This document shows, in pieces, positions 40,585-53,476 of a stretch of 64,000 nt of DNA. Within the stretch, counting starts at the first letter, position 1. Each line of letters starts with the position of its first letter. This stretch comes from Cyanophora paradoxa CCMP329 (taxonomy: Eukaryota; Plantae; Glaucophyta). The stretch is from contig QPMI01000208.1 in NCBI GenBank assembly GCA_004431415.1, positions 1 to 64,000 on the forward strand, written 5' to 3'. Position numbers and translations under genes: made by a program. The notes beneath the pieces were generated by a model. That model was not told where the DNA came from. It saw only the letters and a program-made list of their open reading frames with translations, and searched no databases.

Positions 40585-43376
40585 ATGGTCGCCACGAGCT
40601 CCGCCAGCCTGGCCGCCCTCGCCAACGGCAACGGAGTGCACGCTAACGGCAACGGAAAGCCACAAGTAACCGAGGAGCGCGTCGTTGGCGGCGAGGACGA
40701 AATGTGCGGCTGCGCGGATATCGATCGATATCGATGTCGATATCGACGTTTATATATATCTAGATCTCCCGCTCTCTCTCCCGCTCTCTCTGCCGCCTTG
40801 CTCGCAGCCTCTGAAGCAGTTGCACCGCAGGAACTTCCTCAAAAACGTCCAAATCTTTTTCGACCGCGCGGCCGCCACGCTCGCGGGCAAGATCGACCCC
40901 TGCCTAATCGCCAACATTAAGAAGAACAATGTGCTGATCGAGCTCGGTGCGTCGACGTCTCGCGGCTGTCGCCCGGTGCTCGAATTCTCGTGACTCGCGC
41001 GCAGAGTTCCCGATCAAGAAGAGCGACGGGAGCATCGAGATTATCCGGGGGTGGCGCGCCCAGCACTCGCACCACCGCACCCCGTGCAAGGGCGGCATCC
41101 GCTTCGCGCCGCACGTCGACGCGGAGGAGACGAAGGCGCTCGCGGCTCTCATGACGTACAAGGTCCCCGCCAGAAGCAGATTCGATCTCGGCGCCAGCCC
41201 TGACCACGACCCTCGCTCGCAGTGCGCGCTGGTGGACGTGCCGTTCGGCGGCGCGAAGGGAGGCATCGCGTGCGCCCTATTATTGCCGCGGCCGTTCTCC
41301 GCGCGGCTCTGCCCTCGAAACTCCGCTGACGCTGCGCGCGGCGCGCGCCGCAGGATCGACACGAAGAAGTACACGGAGCGGGAGCTGGAGCAGATCACGC
41401 GCCGCTTCACCGTCGAGCTCATCCGCCGCAACGCCATCGGTCCGCCCCGCCCCCGCTCTCCCCCGCCTCCCCTGCCCGGATCAAATCCCGACCGGGCGCG
41501 CGCAGGCCCCGCCCTCGACGTGGTGCGCTGGTTTGAGGCCGGAAGCGCAGCCGCCCCGCGCGCGCTCCGACGATCCCTGACGCCGGCCCCGCAGCCGGCT
41601 CCGGACTACGGGACGGGCCCGCGGGAGATGGCCTGGATCCGCGACACCTACGGTCCGCCCGCCGGCCGCGGCGGCCGCTCGAGATGGCCCGGGGCGGCGG
41701 CTGACGCGGCGGCAGAGGCGATGAACCCGCACGACCTCAACAGCGCCGCGTGCGTCACTGGCAAGCCCATCGGGTCCGGCGGCATCCGCGGCCGCAACTA
41801 CGTCCGCCCGCCCCGCGCCGCCGCCTGGGCGCCGGCTCACCGCGGCGGCGGGGGCCGGGGCGCAGGCGACGGGCCTCGGCGTGGCCTTCGGCATCCGCGA
41901 GTTCCTCTCCATCCCCGGTGCGCCCTCCCCGCCCCGCCCCGGAGCTCGCACCGGGGCCGGCCCTCCGGCTCACGCGCCCCGGCAGAGTTCTGCACCAAGG
42001 CCGGCCTGACGGAGGGCATCGCCGGCAAGACGTTCATCGTCCAGGGGCTCGGCAACGTCGGCTACTGGAGCGCCAAGAGGTCTGCCCTCTCGAGCACCCT
42101 GCCCCTCCCGCCCCCGCGTCCGACGCTGTGCCGCCAGCATCGCGGACATGGGCGGCAAGGTCATCGGCATCGCCGAGTGGAACGGGGCCATCGTCAACCG
42201 GGAGGGTGCCGGCGCCCCTCGCCCGGCCCCGTGCGGGTGCGCCCCTGACGCCCCCTGGCCGTGGCCGCCAGGGCTGGACGTGGACGCCGTGAACGAGCAC
42301 AAGAAGGCGACGGGCGGCCTCAAGGACTTCCCCGCCCCGGGCACCCAGTACTTCGAGGTCCCTCGGCCCCCCCCCTCCCCCGCTCCGGCGCACCCCCGCC
42401 TCACGCGGAGCCGCCCCGCAGGCTCCGGCGGACGCGCTGCTGGAGGAGTGCGACGTGCTCGTCCCAGCCGCCCTCGAGAACCAGGTCCGAGCTCGATCGG
42501 GCGGGGCGGCGGCTCGCGACTGAGCGGCGCCGGCGGGATCAGATCCACAGCGGGAACGCGGGGCGCATCCGGGCGAAGGTCGTCGCGGAGGGCGCGAACG
42601 GCCCGACGACGGCCGCCGCGCAGTCCATCCTCGACGCCCGCGGTGCCAACCGGCTGCCTGCGGGGTGCGCCGGGGCGGGGTCCTGACGAGCGGGGCGGGG
42701 CAGGGATCCAGGTGATCCCGGACATGCTGCTCAACGCCGGCGGCGTCACCGTCTCCTACTTCGAGTGGCTCAAGAACATCTCCCACGGTGCCCCCGCCCC
42801 GCCCCGCCCCGCCCCGCCCGCACCCGCATCCGCCCCGCTCTGACGGGCGCCGGCGGCAGTGCCGTTCGGGCGGCTGACGCGGCGGCACGAGGAGCGGAGC
42901 AAGGAGCTCCTCCTGCGCACCGTCGAGAGGGGCCTGCCCCGCGGCGCCATCCCCCTCACACCCTCCGGTCCGCCTTCCTGCCCCGCGGCCCCCCCCCTCC
43001 CCCACCCCCCACCCCCCTCTGAGCCGCCCTCCCGCCCCCAGAGCGGCGCGAGGTGACGCACGGGGCCGACGAGGAGGACCTGGTGCGCGGCACCCGCCTT
43101 GCGCCGGCCCGCGTCGACGTGCGCGCGGGCTGAGGGCGCGCCGGTGCTCCCGGCCGGCAGGTGCGCTCGGGCCTGGAGGACACGATGGCGGAGGCGTGCC
43201 GCGCGACCCACGAGACCGCCCAGCGCATGGTACCCCGCCCTCGCCAGCGCTCTTCCCCCCCGGGGACGGCGGCCGACGCGCGTACGCCGCAGAACTGCAG
43301 CCTGCGGACGGCTGCCTTCGCGCTGGTCATCACGCGCATCGCGGGGGAGTACACCGAGGCCGGCATCTGGCCCTGA
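40585..43376 (+). CDS. GDH: Glutamate dehydrogenase (GLUD-like, with antenna segment)
   Basis: [24 protein letters not shown]|[76 protein letters not shown]. Confidence 0.95.
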
Positions 43377-44469
43377 TCGTCGTGGGGCTCCAGCTTTGGG
43401 GGATACCCGGACTGGTGCAGCTGTCAAGGGGGCGGGACACTGGGGCGAGTTTGGGTTTCAAGGTACAGCCTGGCAGGCTAGGGTGTAAACATGTGAACTT
43501 TCGGCCTTGCATTCAGTAATGTACGTATGTACGTCATATATAGCCATAGCTAGCGCTAGCACTGGAGCAGATCTGCAATTTTGGGCGTAATTATAAGCGC
43601 CGCTGTGCACTATCATAGTATTCCGTAACGATATTGCTATCAAACTTTCATCTCCAATTTTGTATGAATACGTATACGTATACGTATACGTGCGTATACG
43701 TAGCGCTAGCTCACGAGGCTTCAAGTCGTTATCAGCTGCAGGACCTAGAGTCGTGAAGCTTCCCTTAAGCTTGGTGAACTTCGGAAGGCCACTTGTGTCG
43801 GCAATGCGTGTTTTATGCGTGTGTTGTGTGATTTTATCGAGTGCACGAATGCCGGCGAGGGCCCCCGGCCCGGGCCCGCCCGCGCGCAGGGGCGATCGAG
43901 GAGCCTCGGAGAAATTAATTGCAAGGGGGGGTACCCCCTCCCTTGCTCCCCTGGTGAGTTGGTGCGGCGTACTTTCTGTGTTAGCAATTTTTGTAAGATG
44001 AGATTCTTTGCATGCGCTCTCGTATAGGTGTGATCGCATCGTAGCCGCTGCGAGCGGCGGAAAAAAATGCAGGGGCGGGGCTGCGCAAACATGTCGAGGT
44101 CGCGCCTCACCTGCTATTGCTATACGCGCCGGACCACGTGCTCCTGATTGCTCTCGATGCGCTCTACAAACTTTGTCATACATGCCCGGGCTCGAGAAGC
44201 GGCGTGCGGCGCGCTAGACCGCCTCAAGTACCTGTTGTACCGGGCGCCGGAAAAAAGTGCTCCTGAGAGTTTGTGGCGATTGCTGGGTACGCAGTACTAC
44301 GTTCTTGCCATGGCGCGCCGAGGCGGACGAGGGCGCGGTGCGGACCTGCCGCCTGACATATCCGAAAGCGAAGTTCAGCTCTGCTCGGCGCCGTGCGGAC
44401 ACAGCCGGCAGATGCGTGGGTTGCGGCGAGCACCGGACAAGCACGTGCGAGAGTACCGGAAGAAGTGTG

Positions 44470-45230
44470 CGCGTGCGCAGAACCGAGGCGTCAGCTCGCC
44501 CCGGAGCGCGCCGCTTGGCCGGGTGTGCGCCGATATCGATGGTTCTGAGTGCCCCGCGCCCGCCGCTCGCAGATCCGAGCTCGGCGAATGCCACGCTCTT
44601 GCCAGATGGAAGGCCTAGGTGAGCTCGCGCGCCTCCCGGCAATCCCGAGCTGGGCATGCATATGTACACTCGAGCTCGCCGACGACTCTGACAAGGCCGC
44701 TCGGGTGCAGATCTTGCCATGTCGTTGAGCAACTCGTCTTGCGCATCTTCTAGATCCCATCCGGAAGGCGAGCTCGCGCGCTACCACTTCAAGCAGCCTC
44801 GCCCGCCGCCCTGCCGGCTGCTGCAGCTTCCGAGTTCGTCGACTCCAGGTTCGCCCCGCCGCTGCTGCTGCGCACCTAGGCCTAACCCGCCCCCGCTGGG
44901 CCCGGCGGCCCGGCCCCGCCCCCGCACGGCCGCTGTACATGTCCGGGGCGAGCTGACGCCTCGGTTCTGCGCAGGCGCAGGCTATGCCCGGGGCCCGGCG
45001 CCACCTGCCGCTCCGCCCGCTTCCTCGCCCGCCGCCCCGCCGGCTGCTTCAGCTTCGTCGACTCCAGGTTCGCCCCGCCGCTGCTGCTGCGCACCTGACC
45101 CGCCCCCGCTGGGCCCGGCGGCCCGGCCACGCCCCCGCACGGCCGCTGTCCGGGGCGAGCTGACGCCTCGGTTCTGCGCATGCGCAGGCTATGCGCGGGG
45201 CCCGGCGCCACCTGCCGCTCCGCCCGCTTT
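44470..45230. repeat. ~215-bp tandem duplication plus a ~35-bp inverted copy
   Basis: ttcgtcgactccaggttcgccccgccgctgctgctgcgcacct at about 44835 and 45055; gcgcagaaccgaggcgtcagctcgccccgg at about 44475 is inverted relative to about 44943 and 45150. Confidence 0.75.
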
Positions 45231-46717
45231 CCCGTCCACCGCCGCCCTCGCCTGTCCCCCCGCCTGGTGCCTTCGCCCGCGTCGCCACCCCACCAGTCCG
45301 CCTCGCCACCCCACCCGCCCGCCTCGCCACAACGCCCGACTCGCCTGGCCCGGCCGCCAGCCTTGCCTCTCTGCCCCCCCCCCCCCCCCCCCCCCCCCCC
45401 TTCGCCACCCCCCCTCCCCAAGTACCCTGCAATGTGTACAAGTACCCCCCTTGCACCTCCGCGCGCGGCCCGCACTTGCTGCACTTGCACAGGGCCGGGC
45501 GCGGTCTGCTAGTAGAAATATTTGAGTTCGAATTCCCGACAAGTCCGGACTCCGGCCGGGATCTATCCATATTTCGACATATTTAAGCTCGCGAGTGAGT
45601 TCGGAATTCGAAATCGATCTATATCGATCGATACATCGGACTCTTCGACCGCTAGCGCTGCAGCTGCGGCGCCGGCGCCCGGCCGCGCCATGCGTACGTG
45701 CACGTGCCGCAGTCCGACGGTCACTGAGTGCGCATGCACGCTCCTATAGCTATATCCTCGAGCCTCGGAGCTCAGCAGGAACTCCCGGAGTCCGGCTGCG
45801 CATGCAGATCCGCAGCCGAGTACGTATTCTCGGCGAGCCTCGGAGGCTTCGGATCCTCATGATATCGATCATGATCGATATCAGTCTCGGGCGTATATTT
45901 ACGTATATCGATATCGAGCTCAGGGCCGCCGCTCGCTCCGGCGCCGGCGCCGGCGCATGCGCGCGCACGTTCCGTAACGCGTCGCATGCGCATGCGCAGC
46001 TTTAATTTCGTCCGTGCAGCTAGTGTGCACGTGTTCCGTGTGGAAATGATACCCGTGTGGAAATCACTTTTCCACACCAGGGCCCTCCTCAAACGGTAGT
46101 CGCGCCCGGCGACTTGCTTAAATTTAATTCGCATTGGGGAACGCTTACGTAATCAGCAAAAACGCTAAACTCAAAGAATTACGGTTATAACGATCTTATA
46201 CAAAAGCTCTTAGTTGAAGGCCTTTTAAAATTCAGCGACCAACTAATTTAGTTAAGTTGGCAATTTCGAATTATGCGCACGGGTTGCTAGGAGCCTCACG
46301 TTAGGCCCGTATCGGCCGTGCTCAAGCCAAGGCGCGGCTGGGCATAGCACGTCACCCGTCACGCCGCGGCTCCTCAATTCTAGGCGCGCCAGATCTTTTT
46401 TTTCTGAAAAAGCTAGGCGCCGATCTCGGCACGACTCGGCGTCGAGTCGGCGCAGTGCATGTGTGCAGTGCTGCCAGTGCCGCAGTGCATGCCGCAGAGG
46501 CCCGGCGGCCCGGCCCGGCGGCCCGTAGTGCGGTACGTATACGTATACGTACGGTACGGTACTACGCCGTACGGTCACCCGGGTAGGTAGTAGCCAAAGC
46601 TGCGCACAGTGTGCATTACTAAGTTAGCGCTATAGCGATCGTTCGCATCGATACGTATACGTATACGCGTACGTATACGCAAGCATACACATCGCACACG
46701 CTCAGTTCGACGTCGAC

Positions 46718-49150
46718 ATGCAGCAGCCTTGGCCTCCGACGACAATGTCAGGCTCGAGCTCCTACGGTCAGCAACCGCCAGCAGCTGCAGCGTATCCGTA
46801 CGGCCAGTCGAATGTATATGCGAATGCGGCAGCGCCGCCGAGCTTGCAATTCGATGCTTTTGCTCCGCATTCGCACACACGTGCACGTGTACAGCCCATC
46901 CAAGGGCACATGCATATGCCCAATATGCATGGCCAGCTGGTCTCTGGTGCCGCTGCAGCTGGCTTTCATCAGGCGCATGCGAGCAGTTCCTACAGCTATG
47001 ACACAGCGTGTTCATTGTCGTCACGGTCGCCAGCGCTAGCGCCGCCTGTGGGCATCGCGGCCGGCGGGCCGGGGGCCGCTGCATATGGACGGCTGCAGGT
47101 CCCAGCTGCTGCCACGTGCACGGGCCCTGTAGTTGAGCTTCGGCCCTTACGCATTCCCGATCTGGAGGACGCCAATCTGGAGGGAGACGACGCGTACGCA
47201 TGCGCGCGCGCTGTACGTCGCAATTGATCATGATGCGTTTTCGGTCCGCAGGGCGCTGGCCCCGAGCCGGCCTCCCCCACAGCGCCCGCGAGCGTCGACG
47301 TCGGTGGCAGCCAAGCGCTCGGAGGCTTCCGAGGACCCGCGGCTGCAGAGTGCAAGCTCGAGACGGCGCGAGCCCGAGTGCGTCCATTCGTTAGTTTGAG
47401 CACGCTGTGTGTGCCTTCGAATTCTGACGTCGAGTCTGCCCAAATTCAGTTCTGCGCCTGTGTTCAACTCGAGTGCAAACCCAGCAAAGCGCCGGTGCCT
47501 GGACATGCATATGCACTTTTCGAAATTAATTATGTAAATATTTAATTGCTGTGCGTACGCCCAGGACGCTGGGTCATGAACCGGCTGCACGGGAAGTCGT
47601 CGACGTCAATTCGGGGAGCGGCTCAGAGACCGGACGGGGCGCGAGTGACTCTGGAGAAGATTCTTCTCTCGAAGCCTCCTGCACTCCTTCGGCTTCACAG
47701 GCCTCTGCGTCCAGACGCAAACCCCAGCGAGCCCCCAAATTTCAGCTAAACCATGCGCCCACGCGACGCTTCATTCTCAGTGTCATTCTTCGTCCTGCAA
47801 ATTGGAGAAAGGTACGAGGTGATCGGGGGACGCGTGATGCTCTCAAGTCCGTTGCAGAAACTTGCGCTCAAGAATCGCAGCAGGTGATCATGAGCTTCTA
47901 CTCCGGCTTCCATCTAATAATAATTCCCGCAACATATATATTTTACGTGCACAGAATTGGGCGGAAAAGCAGAAGGAGGGCCGGCCTCAAACCGACGGAT
48001 CTGCACTGTCTTCGTACCTGGACAGTGAGAAAACCGCTGTGTGGTTTGCTGAGCTCACTGCGCGTGGAGCCCAGTCCAGCGATGCCGACAAACAGCCTGC
48101 TGCCTGGCTGGCAAAGTGGTGGACCGACATTTTCAAGACCACTCGCGTCGCCATCATGGAATCACATGCAGGGCATGTTGCCGCACAGGACAAACTCAGG
48201 AGGATGGGAATCTATGACGTTTGCTTTTTTATTTCGAATTTTCCTCCGAATTTCCGAACTTCGTAAATTCACACATGCACAGCTTTTGATCAACTCCGAG
48301 GCGCTAAATCGTGACTGGTCTTTCTCAGCTGGTACGGCTTATCGAAGCACAGGAGTCGTTGCAGCTGCGCAGTCTTCACGCTCGCGATCGGCCGCCGAGA
48401 GTGCACAAGAATTCGTACAAGAGTACTCCGTCTCTTACAGTTGCTTGTTTTCTTCTTACGCGAAGCTTACACCTGCCCGCGCGAAGCCAAGGCCCGTCAT
48501 CCTCGAGCCCGGACATAAATGCTATGCATGGGCATCTCCAGCGCTCGACTGCGGGTGATCGCTTGAAATTGCTGGTGCGTGACTTTTTATTATTCAATGT
48601 TTGCAACGTCCTCCTGGTTCACATTTGCAATGGCACTGAAGATCGAGGACAACAGCAAGACTCGGGAGCACATTATGGGCGTTTTTGCAGGACGCCAGGA
48701 GTCCCAAGCTGACCGTGACAGGAAGTTACAGCTTGAAGAGCGCAAAATAGCAGCACTGGTATCCAAACCTGAATCACATACCGTTGCCTTGACTGAATCA
48801 TATTGTGTTTCCAGGAAGCTGCAAATATCTTACGCCAGAACGAGATGATGATCAAGGCATGGGAAGCGCAGTGCCGGAATGCTCGTGCGGCGGGTCACCC
48901 TGAGGTACGGCTTCTCCTGTGGCAATAGAGTGAACAGCTGCGCATGCACTGTTTTTATATATAATCGGTGGTTTGCTGATCCTCTCCCATTGTGCAGCCC
49001 CCTTTCCCTGCGCTGAACCTACCTCAACCACAACCAGCTGCAGCCCCGGCCGTGCGTTCTCTTCTTGTACGCTCTGAAATGGCTGAAACCGTTACAGAGT
49101 GCCGGCCAGGAAGCACCCCGTTGATGCCTCCACCTCATCTTCGGCCCCGG
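46718..49150 (+). CDS. Harbinger second ORF (putative Myb/SANT-like DNA-binding partner), multi-exon, 3' end uncertain
   Basis: Lies convergent to the transposase inside the TIRs; low-complexity N-terminus, Trp-rich helical core (AVWFAELT..AAWLAKWWTDIFK), coiled coil DRDRKLQLEERKIAAL. The Myb call rests on element architecture. Confidence 0.6.
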
Positions 49151-49230
49151 CATCCCCCTACCCCCCCCCCCCCCCCACCCCCTTCACACGCCCTCCGCCT
49201 CCGCCCCGCATCCCCAGCCTTCGCGGCCCG

Positions 49231-49810
49231 GGCCTGCCCTCGCTGCCCTCCTGGGCGGCGTGGGGGCCCCTCCCGCGCCCCCTCCGCCTCCGCCCCGCGC
49301 CCGTGGCCTCCGGCCCGCGCGCCCCGCCTCCGGCCTGCCCTCGCTGCCCTCCGGGCGGCGCGGGGGACCCTCCGCGTCCCCTCCGCCTCCACCTCGCGCC
49401 CGTGGCCTCCGGCCCGCGCGCCCCGCCTCCGGCCTGCCCTCGCTGCCCTCCTGTGCGGCGCGGAGGCCCTCCCGCGTCCCCTCCGCCTCCGCCTCGCGCC
49501 CGTGGCCTCCGGCCTGCGCCCCCGCCCCCGGCCTGCCCTCGCTGCCCTCCGGGGCGGCGCGGGGACCCTCCCGCGTCCCCTCCGCCTCCGCCTCGCGCCC
49601 GTGGCCTTCGGCCTGCGCCCCCACCCCGGCCTGCCCTCGCTGCCCTCCTGTGCGGCGCGGAGGGCCCTCCCGCGTCCCTCTGCCTCCGCCCCGCGCCCGT
49701 GGCCTCCGGCCCGCGCGCCCCGCCTCAGGCCTGCCCTCGCTGCCCTCCTGGGCGGCGCGGGGCCCCTCCCGCGCCCTCTCCACCTCCACCCGCGCCCGTC
49801 CGTGGCCTCC
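49231..49810. repeat. GC-rich minisatellite, ~99-bp unit x ~6, bracketed by poly-C and poly-G
   Basis: ggcctgccctcgctgccctcc at 49231, 49332, 49431, 49530, 49628 and 49728. Confidence 0.9.
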
Positions 49811-50005
49811 GCCTGGGCGGCGGGCCGGGGGTGGGCGGGGGGGGGGGGGGACCGGGGAGGGGGGGGGGGGGGGGGGGGTTGCAGACGTTGGCCTCGCGAT
49901 TGGGGTTGTCGGGCCTTTTGCATCCCTTGTTTTTTCGTTCAGTAATAGTGATCATGATATGCATTAAGTATTTTAGAAGCTACACATGACATCTTACTAG
50001 CTTTT

Positions 50006-52184
50006 CTAGCTGCCCATGTATGCATCTAGGGCGATGGCATATTTTTTTGCCTCAGCTGCCCCTGCTGCTGCCGGAACCTGCGGCATCTGCGGTAGGGGGT
50101 GCACCACTACATCTGGGTCGCGCGGATATCTGTCTCTACGCTTCGCACAGAGTGTGTCTAGTAGAAATATTACCTTTCGCAGGCAAAATCTGAAGTCAGT
50201 TTCGCCTTCGAATGAAAAACATATGCATTGCGCTCACGAAAACTGTCTGCTTGATGCGCTCCCTCCGCTTCCGGTTCACACACTGCAGCTCTCTCCAGCG
50301 TGACTTTGCATCTCCCCATGCCTGCTCAATCTTCTGCCTGCTCCGCACCATCATTGCATTTAGATTGTGCTTCACAGGATCTGCCGCGGCAGCTGCACGT
50401 GATCGAATTCAAATGCGTGCACGCATGTAGCTTTAGTGGCTGCGTACCGGCTTGACTGTACGGGCTGAACGTGTACATGGTATTCTTGTAGCCACGGTCC
50501 ACCTGAATGAACTGGTTCTCTGGAAAGAACGTCTGGGGGTTCCTCCCCAGATCTGAATAGTCATAGACCCACTGGTCGTGCCTGCATCCCGGCCACTGGA
50601 CATCTATCTGCGCACGAGCCTAGTCATGATTGGTATATGAATTTAAATTTATTTTCGATATCGATTGATTCGTGTCACGGAGACGCACGTAGCGCCAGAT
50701 CCGCTGTGAATCCACAACACCAAAAACGTTCAAACAGTACCTCTTCTTTTTCCCGCTATTAACCGACGCAGGGTTCTCATTCCAAGGCTTTTCGACAGCG
50801 ATAAGCGAGCCATCTGAGCAGTGATTTAGTGAATTTGTGCATGTGATCGTGATACAGAAACTCAATTATATTAAATCAGGCAGCTAGTGATGAGTTAAAT
50901 ACCTGCAGCACCGAGACAGCGCCTAAAACCAAAGCGTGGCGCTGCCTTGTTCCACCGCCCACTCTCTTTCTCCCAGCCGGCTGCAATGTCTGCCCTTTCC
51001 TGGGGTGTCTTTCCCCAGCTAATGATGCAGTCATGTACGCCTTCTTTGAAGCCGTAGACATCAATAATCGCGTCCTGCGTCTGGTCGAGAACTGAGTTGT
51101 TGATTTAAATTAGACTTTGATGAATTACGTGAGAAGTCATGATCATGATCATGATCATGATCATGATATCAATCATGATGCCCTCACCGTTGTTGATGGT
51201 GCCTTCGCAAGTCTGGAATTGGGCTGCTAGGTGAGGGAAGCCAGCCCTTGTACCGCACCGGATGAGTAGTATTGCCAGCTGCAGTTCGACTGGCATCTTG
51301 CAGACGCCTTCTGCAAAGACATGGCAGTCTCGTATCTCGTAATATATCTGAATGAAAGTTCCGATCTCACAGCGTAGAATTTTTTTGAAAGGTGCCCATG
51401 TTCCTGTACCCATCAGTCAGCCCCCGGTTACCCTTCGTGTCTCGGGCCGCCAAGTCGGCGAGCAATTCATTTTCCATAAGCCTCGCGGCGCCATAAATTA
51501 ATGCGTTTTGATATTTATGCGGTACCAAATTAATGCATTTTCATAACAGAAAACGCGTTTGATATGAATTTACTGCGTTTTGATATTAATGCGCAATGCG
51601 TACTTAAGCTTGAATTAATATTATACTGCGATCGGGCCGGCGGCCGCTCGCGCGCGGGCCGCGCGGCGCCCGGCGGCCGCGCGCGGGCCCCCGGGGCCGC
51701 GGGCCGCGGCGCGCGGCCGTATACGTAGTAGTAGTACTGTAGTACTAGGCTACCCGGGTAGTCAAGTGTGCACGTGCACGAGCGCCACCGTGCCACGGTG
51801 GAACAATACTATGATAGTACTCAGTGACTGCTATGCCATATGCATGATGCTAGGCTGCCGCAGTGCGGTACGTATACGCGTGCACGCATCATGGCATGCG
51901 CGTAAACGTAGGGGCGTGCCGCAGTGCGCACCACCGCAAATGCGTTGCAAAGAGATGCCCGACCACCCTATCGCGCGACGCTCGCGATGGGCTGTGGCCA
52001 ATTCGTACTCCCACAGTAGTAACTGCCGCGCAGCTTCCGAAAGCAGCAGCAACAGAGCAGCGACTTCTTGTTCGCCGATCCCGGCTGCATCTATATAGTC
52101 AGCTGCAGCTGCAGGAGCCGCCTCGCGCAGCTCGTTCTCCAGCTCATCAACAAGGTCTGCATAGCCATCGTCGTCGGAATCCAT
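50006..52184 (-). CDS. PIF/Harbinger (HARBI1-like, DDE_Tnp_4) transposase, apparently intact, 7 exons
   Basis: Spliced: FKKILRCEIGTF, PVELQLAILLIRCGT (HTH), CLGAA|DGSLI, YCLNVFGVVD, WPGCRHD, IQVDRGY, RQKIEQAWGDAKSRW; no stop or frameshift seen. Confidence 0.9.
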
Positions 52185-53476
52185 TGCGTGCCGCAGTGCA
52201 GCTTCTCTAAGTCTCGCACGGCCTACAGCTTCTCTAAGTCTCGCCGAGTCGCACGGCCTAATCTTGCGTGCAGCGGTCGTACTACGGAAGGCCGATCACA
52301 GAGAATCTTGGAAGATCCTCTGCGTCCGCCGTCACACGGTCAGCTCAGCGGCTCCGATCCACTTGTGGCGCCGCGGGCCCGCGGCGCGGCGCCTGATATA
52401 GCCGCCGCGCCGCGCCTGTTACATATGCATGGTTATATATATATATATGTTTGCATATCTAGATGTGCATGCGCATATGCATGATTATAAGTGTGCGTGT
52501 GCGTATACACGTATGCATAGTGTGCACATCATGGCATGTACACATGAACATAACCGTTGAACTTCGCTTACTTACTTCGAATTCGTGTGCGCACAGATCG
52601 AACATGGATGCCAAGGGCTTGCATTGTCATGAATCTTCACAGAACATATATGGATGCTCTATAACCGGCTGCACACAAACATGTGAGTCGCATCATGACT
52701 CAGTAATCATGGTCATCGTCGGCCACAGACACGTGTTTGTCATGATCATGATTGTTTTCGAACACACAGAGTACGCCCCGATCAAACGCCTCGATGTCCG
52801 GCAGCGCCGCGGCTGGTGGGAGCGCGAGCGGCGCCCCGGGCCCTAGTGGCACAGCTGCTGGCGCGCCAGCGGGAGCGCCACGCGCTGGAGCACCGGTACC
52901 GAGCTCGAGCTCAAGGTGCGGCTGCAAGCCTTGGCCCTGCACGGCGCCATTGCTAGCGCTATAGCTAGCGCTAGCTTAGCGGCTGGTAGCGCGCTAGTGC
53001 TAGCTATATATATATATATATGCATAGCGCTAGCGTGACTAATATGCGAGGCACGTGCAGGCCCCGCAAGAGGCCGGCTCCCGAGGAGGAGCCCACAGAC
53101 GCCCAAGGTTAGCCGCTGTTGCTCTGCCTTCGTCTCAGCCATCGCATTTTGCAGTGCCTTTTCCGAAGCAAAATACTCGAATTTTTCAATTAATTTTTCT
53201 TATGGCCGGCCGGCGGGGGGCGCTGTACCCGCCCGGCTGCTACAGGCTGCTATATGACGTGCGTCCGCAGGTCGCTCCGATGACGGAGAAGATCCGCAAG
53301 CTAGAGCGTCCGGTGGCGGCTCAGGGGTGCCCGGTACGTTGCCCTAGCCGCGACTATAATTTGAGGAGGGCCCAGGCAGGCCGGCAGGCTGCACCCTTGT
53401 ATGCATAGCAGTCTGACTTGACGGTTCAGATAACGATCCGCGATCTCCACAGGCTCGCTCTCAATCGGTGCGTCTG

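Larger units (their letters stand above)
46081..53372. mobile_element. Autonomous PIF/Harbinger DNA transposon (7292 bp)
   Basis: TIR GGCCCTCCTCAAA(cgg/tta)TAGTCGCG at both ends, CAG on each side, two convergent genes including a DDE transposase. Confidence 0.92.

Noticed and set aside
14172-43376. Nitrogen/amino-acid gene cluster (GcvR-like, EamA-ACT, GDH)
   Set aside because: The genes are separated by unrelated loci over about 29 kb, and nothing in the sequence indicates co-regulation.
44148-44620. 156-aa ORF downstream of GDH
   Set aside because: No recognisable domain or convincing splice model; it lies next to rearranged repeats.
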